From positions 930,001 through 962,000 of the forward strand of contig NC_003450.3 in assembly GCF_000011325.1 (NCBI RefSeq): 32,000 bases of DNA. Reading direction: 5' to 3'. The notes beneath the pieces were generated by a model, which saw only the letters and a program-made list of their open reading frames with translations, had not been told where the DNA came from and did not search any database. Each line of letters begins with the position of its first letter. Position 1 is the first letter of the stretch. The stretch is from Corynebacterium glutamicum ATCC 13032 (GTDB lineage Bacteria; Actinomycetota; Actinomycetes; Mycobacteriales; Mycobacteriaceae). Positions 27,568 to 32,000 of the stretch are shown here, piece by piece. The translations under genes and the position numbers were made by a program.

Positions 27568-27601
27568 GTGTGCGTGTGCGTATGCATGTGCATACGCGCA
27601 T
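27568..27601. repeat. 34-nt perfectly alternating purine-pyrimidine tract with embedded 9-2-9 palindrome
   Basis: GTGTGCGTGTGCGTATGCATGTGCATACGCGCAT alternates R/Y at every position. GCGTATGCA-TG-TGCATACGC (27578-27597) is an inverted repeat. Confidence 0.8.
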
Positions 27602-27631
27602 CCTCATTGTACAAGATGCGCATCAGATAGT

Positions 27632-27758
27632 TTCGGACCGCGGTACTTTCGGACTCCGGTAGGTTCGGACCGCGGTACTTTCGGACTCCGGTAGGTTCGG
27701 ACCGCGGTACTTTCGGACTCCGGTAGGTTCGGACCGCGATAGTTCGGACCGCGATGTC
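27632..27758. repeat. Tandem array: eight 15-16-bp units starting TTCGGAC (three exact 32-bp double units plus two variant units)
   Basis: TTCGGAC starts at 27632, 27648, 27664, 27680, 27696, 27712, 27728 and 27743. The double unit TTCGGACCGCGGTACTTTCGGACTCCGGTAGG is repeated exactly three times, followed by TTCGGACCGCGATAG and TTCGGACCGCGATGTC. Confidence 0.9.
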
Positions 27759-27834
27759 GGCCACTGCCCTCACCCCATAGATCGACGCAGCAATCAGACT
27801 CGCCTAGCGCCGCTTGAACCGTCCCAGGTTTGGT

Positions 27835-27900
27835 GGCTCTTCACAGATGAGGGTGTAGCGCGTAGTCAAGGATCGAACGGCGTGGCGCTGCCCGGGTAGG
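27835..27900 (+). mobile_element. ISL3-family left inverted repeat and short left-end remnant
   Basis: GGCTCTTCACAGATGAGGGTGTAG (27835-27858) is the perfect inverted partner of 25275-25298. The inner limit (~27900) is inferred from where the methyltransferase-like translation degenerates. Confidence 0.65.
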
Positions 27901-28998
27901 CCCCTCCTTCATGTCCCGCCTAATAGGCCAGATCGGCGTCAGGCCATCCTGCGGACTGAAGTCAGGAGTTTCGTCAAGTGGCAATGCTTCGCCCGCGTGG
28001 CTGAGTCGCCCAGTCGACTCATCGAACCACACCGGATAGAACATATCTTTACGGTCAGCTCGAAGCGAGTCGTCGCCCGACCGCAAGAGCCCCTTCCATC
28101 GAGGCCTCTGCAGTTCCCCTTCAGCATCGGCCATGTCTCGATGCGTCAGAAGGTCGTCATCGACCGAACCGATTCGCGCGTCAGGACCAAATACAAAGAA
28201 CGCATACTCTTCGACCCTCGAAAGATATCCCTGAGTAACGCCTTTAGGGTTGTTGACAATTGTGACGAGTTGCCGCGTAGATTCCGGGAAGAGCTGATCT
28301 AGCAACACGCCCAAACGGTTTACTTCATGCTCATCGATAGTTGCCACAAGAGTAGCATCGCTACGCATGAGCTCCCGACAGATCTTCAACCGTCGCTCCA
28401 TGAACGCCAGCCATTTCGAGTGTCGATAGTCGTCATCACTCGCGACGTAATCGTTGTCGTACTTCCAGTCCCTCGCCCCGGTGTTGTACGGCGGGTCGAT
28501 GTAGATGGCGTCGATGGAATGCCGGTGCGTATAGGTCAGCATCTCCAGCGCGTGGTAGTTCTCAGCGTTGACGACCGTGTGGAACGGCTTGTCGCCGCCC
28601 CGCTCAACCCTGCCTGTCTCCACCAGGCCGGGGTAGATGCGATCCCGGAACTCCGCGACGACCACCACGTCGTCGGCAAGCACTGCCCGAGTCTCGGGTT
28701 CTTCGACGTCGAGCTCCGCGAGATGAGCCACACGCTGCCCGTCGACGCACTCGATCCGAGTTGTCCGCCACAGCCGTTGGTCACCTGCCTTTGTCCCCCC
28801 TCGCGGAGGCAGCACCCGCACCTTGTCGCCGCGACGGACGACCCTGCCGGGCAGCTCGACAGCCTCAGGCTGATGCTGCTCAAAGACGAGCCCGAAGGTG
28901 CGACGCTTGGTCAGCGCAGCGACCTCGGCTTCCAGGTCAGTACCAAGTTGCGCGTCCGCCTTGCGCACCTGCCGCAGCAGTTCCGTCAGTCTCGACAC
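27841..28998 (-). pseudogene. Type III-like (beta-class, DPPY) DNA methyltransferase, C-terminally truncated
   Basis: GTG start 9 nt after AAGGAG. Motif IV IYIDPPYNTG is followed by HSKWLAFMERRL, typical of Mod/N4-N6 methylases. No AdoMet motif I (FxGxG) is present before the frame runs into the ISL3 inverted repeat (last ~19 codons are IS-derived). Confidence 0.75.
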
Positions 28999-29145
28999 GG
29001 ATAGGGCTCCTTCGTCATCATCCGTAGCGCGTCCGGGCTATTTCTTACTTCCAGACGTAAGTCCCGTCCGGAACTCCACCACGTGATCCTTCAACCTGTA
29101 TGCAACTAATCTAGCCAGTTTAGGACTAACAAGAATTTCTCTCTT

Positions 29146-29183
29146 GATTTACAAATACACATATATTTGTGTATTTGTAAATC
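29146..29183 (-). terminator. AT-rich 16-bp-stem hairpin overlapping the RHH gene stop (terminator or operator)
   Basis: GATTTACAAATACACA (29146-29161) / TGTGTATTTGTAAATC (29168-29183) with loop TATATT. The perfect stem overlaps the stop codon at 29182-29184. Confidence 0.45.
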
Positions 29184-29310
29184 AATCTTCGCACTCGTTA
29201 AGGTATCTGACTACTGATTGCTCTACGATTTCTTTCATCGTGCGATGTTCTTTAAATGCCTGTAGTTTCAACCGTCTATGCACACTGGTGGTCATGCGGA
29301 CATTGAACAT
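29182..29310 (-). CDS. Small ribbon-helix-helix (Arc/CopG/ParG-like) DNA-binding protein, 42 aa
   Basis: The internal ATG at 29310 is preceded by GAGGAAAG. The product MFNVRMTTSVHRRLKLQAFKEHRTMKEIVEQSVVRYLNECED fits beta-strand, helix, helix RHH topology. The longer 73-aa track ORF has no RBS. Confidence 0.6.
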   Translation of the reverse strand: MFNVRMTTSVHRRLKLQAFKEHRTMKEIVEQSVVRYLNECED

Positions 29311-29657
29311 AGTGCTTTCCTCAGTCTTGGAGGCGGAATTGGTATCGACAAACGCTTCAACAATGGAGCGGCGCTGGTGGGGTTTCCCCGGCCCAAGACT
29401 CAACTTTGCAACAGCACCTTATTAAGTGCCCTAGAGTTATTCAGCCTTAGGGCACCGCTCTATTTCTTACGGCATTTCCCACTTTTCTCAATGGCTTAAA
29501 GAGCATGAAACCGCAGGAAACCGTTGTATTTCTGACGTGCGACCACATTATGTAAAAGACTCACCTGTCAGGGATCTATCTCCTTGTAGAGGAACTATTC
29601 CAGTCTTCTTTAAAAACACTTATGATCGCTGTGATCAGGTAATTTAATGAAAAAACT

Positions 29658-29733
29658 TATAGCGTTAAAACGTGATGATTTTTTGACGTCAAAAAGTTTT
29701 AGCACTATAACGTTATGACGTTTTAGTGCTAAA
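29658..29733. repeat. AT-rich cluster of ACGT-centred palindromes and repeats next to IS3 copy 2
   Basis: TATAGCGTTAAAACGT (29658-29673) and TATAACGTTATGACGT (29706-29721) match at 13/16 positions. There is a perfect 16-bp palindrome TTTTTGACGTCAAAAA (29680-29695) and a 10-bp inverted repeat TTTAGCACTA (29698-29707) / TAGTGCTAAA (29724-29733). Confidence 0.6.
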
Positions 29734-29761
29734 GTGTGGCTTGTCAGATTCGTGTTGGTCG

Positions 29762-31060
29762 TGCGCCCGTATGGTGATTTGAGACAGGGTTTAGGAGAAT
29801 TAGTTCCATGTCGAATCGCACGTCATCTTCACCGAAGAATTCAAAGCAGGAGCTGTGCAACTCGTCGTATCCTCAGGGCGCTCGGTCAAGGAAGTGGCCA
29901 CCGAGTTGGGTATCAAAGAAGGAACACTGAGCGCGTGGGTAAGAACCTGGAGGGCCGAGCATCCAGACGCCGGTGTGGATGAACCAGGCCCAGTCGAATG
30001 GGCGAAATACAAGGCCCTGCAGGCTGAGAACGCCGCGTTGAAACGGGAAAACGAGTTTTGGGGAAAAGCCAGCGCCTTCTTTGGAAGCCGAAGCACCTGT
30101 AGAGGATCTCTCAGCGTTCATCGAGCAAGAGAAGGCGTCGTTTCCCATTACATGGATGTGCAGAAAGTTGGGTGTGTCCAGAGCGTCGTATTACCGGTGG
30201 GCCAAGCCTGCGGGTCTGACTCCGACAGCCATAAGGCATTTAGAACTCAGGGCTGAGGTTGCCCAGGAGTTTGAAAAAAGCAACCAGATGGCTGGCAGGG
30301 ATCAGCTGACCACGTTGCTCAACCAGCGTGGTGTCAAAGTTTCTACTGGGACTGTGGGATCAATTATGAACGAATGAGGAGTGCGTGTCAGACGAATGCG
30401 GGCCTGGAAGAACACCACGGTCAGTGACCCTTTCTGCCCGGACCGAGCATATTAAAAATCATATGCTCGATAGCCACGGGAAACGAGACTTTACCGCTAC
30501 CGTGCCTGGGACCAGGCTCGTTGGTGACATTACGTACTTAAAGACGGGTTCCGGGTGGCTGTATGTGGCTACCGTGATCGATTTGGCTACGCGGATGGTG
30601 GTGGGGTGGTCTATGGATTCTAATATGCGCACACCGTTGGTGATCAATGCGCTGGCTATGGCGCGTGATCATGGGTGTCTTCATCCTGAAGGCGCAATTT
30701 TTCACTCCGATAGAGGATCGCAATACACCTCCGAGCAGTTCCAGACATGGTGCGCCGGCAACAAGATCACCCAATCCATGGGATTGACCGGGGTGTGTTG
30801 GGATAACGGAAGTCGCGGAGAATTTTTTCTCACATTTGAAGACCGAAATGTATCACCACTATGATTTTGAGAATCACCTGTCGGACCGAACCGCGGTGAT
30901 GGAGTACATCGAGGGGCAGGTCACAACCGGCGCCGCCCGCATAGCAATAACCAGGGGCTCTCACCGGCTAGTGCTTTGACCGCATATCAGCAGCAGTATG
31001 GATTAGCAGCAGCGTAAGAAGAAAAATCAATCAAGCTGTCTCAAAAACTTGACGAGCGCA
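29762..31060 (+). mobile_element. IS3-family insertion sequence, copy 2 (identical to copy 1, same orientation)
   Basis: Offset of 6,108 bp from copy 1. All ORF translations in the block are identical and the tail segments compared by eye are identical. The bases flanking the block differ from those of copy 1 on both sides. Confidence 0.9.
29808..31017 (+). pseudogene. IS3-family transposase orfAB, same disrupted frame structure as copy 1
   Basis: It carries the same peptides, frame changes and in-frame TGA (30375-30377) as copy 1. Confidence 0.75.
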
Positions 31061-31092
31061 GGGTGTCCCACTTCCTAGGAAGTGGGACACCC
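31061..31092. repeat. 32-bp perfect palindrome directly abutting the right end of IS3 copy 2
   Basis: GGGTGTCCCACTTCCT|AGGAAGTGGGACACCC is self-complementary at all 16 pairs and starts at the first base after the IS terminus. Confidence 0.85.
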
Positions 31093-31260
31093 TGATCGGT
31101 ACGTGGGCCGCCGCTGGTCTGGGCCGGAAGCTGCCGGCAATAGCCCTCACCTTTAAATCACGTCGGGAACACCGCCAACTAGGCAGCCGCTTCCTTCCTG
31201 CGCAGTGAAGGCCTCAGCCTGAAAGTGCAGACGACCTCTGGCAACGACGCCACCCCATGT

Positions 31261-31294
31261 TGAAGTTAGTTCAGCAACAGCTGTATAGTTCAGC
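31261..31294 (+). promoter_or_regulatory. Candidate ArsR/SmtB-type operator upstream of cmtR
   Basis: TGAAGTTAGTTCA (31261-31273) has a TGAA..TTCA imperfect dyad. TAGTTCAGC is repeated at 31267 and 31286. An ACAGCTGT palindrome lies at 31277-31284. The region ends 3 nt before the ATG. Confidence 0.25.
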
Positions 31295-31296
31295 GC

Positions 31297-31656
31297 ATGC
31301 TGACTATTGCTTCTCGTCTAGACGTGATGAACCGGTTGGGTCGGGCCATGGCGGATCCGACTCGTTCCCGCATTCTCCTGGCGCTGCTGGAGGGGCCGGC
31401 CTACCCGGCCGCTCTCGCCCAGGATCTGGAACTGACGCGCTCGAACGTGTCGAACCATCTCGCCTGCCTGAGGGACTGCGGAATTGTTGTTGCCGAACCG
31501 CAGGGGCGACAGACCCGCTACGAGATCGTTGATGCTCATCTGGCGCAGGCGTTGAACGCGTTGCTGGATATCACCCTGGCCGTCGATGACAACGCCGAAT
31601 GCATCGACGCCGGATGCGCCGTACCTGGGTGTGTCACTGGACAGGAGAGTGCGTAG
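31297..31656 (+). CDS. cmtR: ArsR/SmtB-family metal sensor, CmtR-like (Cd/Pb-responsive repressor)
   Basis: 119 aa. LGRAMADPTRSRILLALL...LTRSNVSNHLACLRDCGIVV closely resembles mycobacterial CmtR, including the CxxxC pair in the helix (ACLRDCG) and C-terminal Cys residues (ECIDAGCAVPGC). Confidence 0.85.
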   Translation: MLTIASRLDVMNRLGRAMADPTRSRILLALLEGPAYPAALAQDLELTRSNVSNHLACLRDCGIVVAEPQGRQTRYEIVDAHLAQALNALLDITLAVDDNAECIDAGCAVPGCVTGQESA

Positions 31657-32000
31657 TGGCAACCGGTCTACTGTCGGCGATTGGTCTGTTTATCGCCACC
31701 AATATCGACGACATCATCGTGCTCTCGCTGTTTTTTGCCCGCGGGGCGGGGCAAAAAGGGACCACGCTTCGGATTCTGGCTGGTCAGTACCTCGGCTTCA
31801 TGGGCATCCTCGCGGCCGCAGTCCTGGTCACGCTGGGGGCAGGAGCATTCCTACCTGCTGAGGCGATCCCGTACTTCGGACTAATTCCCCTGGCCCTGGG
31901 ACTATGGGCGGCCTGGCAGGCCTGGCGAAGCGATGATGACGACGATGATGATGCGGAGATCGCCGGGAAAAAGGTGGGTGTGCTGACCGTCGCCGGTGTG
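31656..32000 (+). CDS. cadD: Cadmium resistance transporter CadD family (3' end outside window)
   Basis: The frame is open from GTG 31656 (overlaps the cmtR stop as TAGTG) to the window end. It reads VATGLLSAIGLFIATNIDDIIVLSLFFARG...GQYLGFMGILAAAVLV, where ATNIDDI..L..FF is the CadD N-terminal signature. It is not in the ORF track because no stop is reached. Confidence 0.85.
   Translation, partial: MATGLLSAIGLFIATNIDDIIVLSLFFARGAGQKGTTLRILAGQYLGFMGILAAAVLVTLGAGAFLPAEAIPYFGLIPLALGLWAAWQAWRSDDDDDDDAEIAGKKVGVLTVAGV

Noticed and set aside
27632-27758. Possible CRISPR array
   Set aside because: The repeats are contiguous with no spacers, the units are only 16/32 bp, and there is no leader or cas gene. 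It is a tandem repeat, not a CRISPR array.
27552-27773. 73-aa minus-strand ORF with an internally repetitive peptide (..VRTIAVRTYRSPKVPRSEPTGVRKYRGPNLPESE..)
   Set aside because: It is generated by reading through the 32-bp tandem repeats and the alternating Pu/Py tract. The repeat period is not a multiple of three, the start is GTG without an RBS, and the composition is not protein-like.
28327-29004. 225-aa plus-strand ORF opposite the methyltransferase fragment
   Set aside because: It is a shadow ORF of a GC-rich gene. It has no motifs, whereas the minus-strand frame carries DPPYNTG and a proper SD/GTG start.
29038-29470. 11-nt direct repeat CTATTTCTTAC at 29038 and 29460, flanking the RHH gene
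   Set aside because: An exact 11-mer pair is expected by chance many times in 32 kb (on the order of 100 pairs). There is no extended similarity around either copy.

Overview
This window reads as a Corynebacterium glutamicum-type actinobacterial chromosome; the BetP, Pmt, Dld, MscL and MetG sequences are directly recognisable. Positions 1-21,460 are a densely packed housekeeping block. Its gene order is sensor kinase, HtrA/PepD protease, MoaB, MscL, SAF protein, 5-formyl-THF cyclo-ligase, GalU, MoeA/Glp, RimJ, acidic membrane protein, which parallels the mycobacterial mprB...Rv0996 region. It continues with an MFS transporter, DoxX, a zinc anti-sigma-like membrane protein, a compact GH13 enzyme, protein O-mannosyltransferase Pmt, RsmI, BetP, MetG, an RqlH-type RecQ-like helicase and a cyclase-family hydrolase. 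Positions ~21,461-32,000 are accessory and heavily mosaic. They hold a bicupin gene, a 5'-truncated esterase, and two identical 1,299-bp IS3-family copies in direct orientation (23654-24952 and 29762-31060) whose transposase frames are broken at the same places. Between the IS3 copies lie an ISL3 transposase stub and a GC-rich D-lactate dehydrogenase (dld) cassette bracketed by the inner ends of two ISL3 elements (24-bp perfect inverted repeats). Upstream of dld are an 8-copy 16-bp repeat array and a 34-nt alternating purine-pyrimidine tract. The rest of the cargo is a C-terminally truncated type III-like DNA methyltransferase, a tiny ribbon-helix-helix gene and an AT-rich palindrome cluster. 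Right of the second IS are a 32-bp perfect palindrome and a cmtR-cadD cadmium module that runs off the window. No rRNA, tRNA or CRISPR array was seen by eye. I do not see an intact novel multi-gene system. The most unusual unexplained signals are the non-coding repeat and palindrome structures inside the IS-bounded cargo, the identically decayed IS pair, and the C-terminal domain of the RecQ-like helicase.
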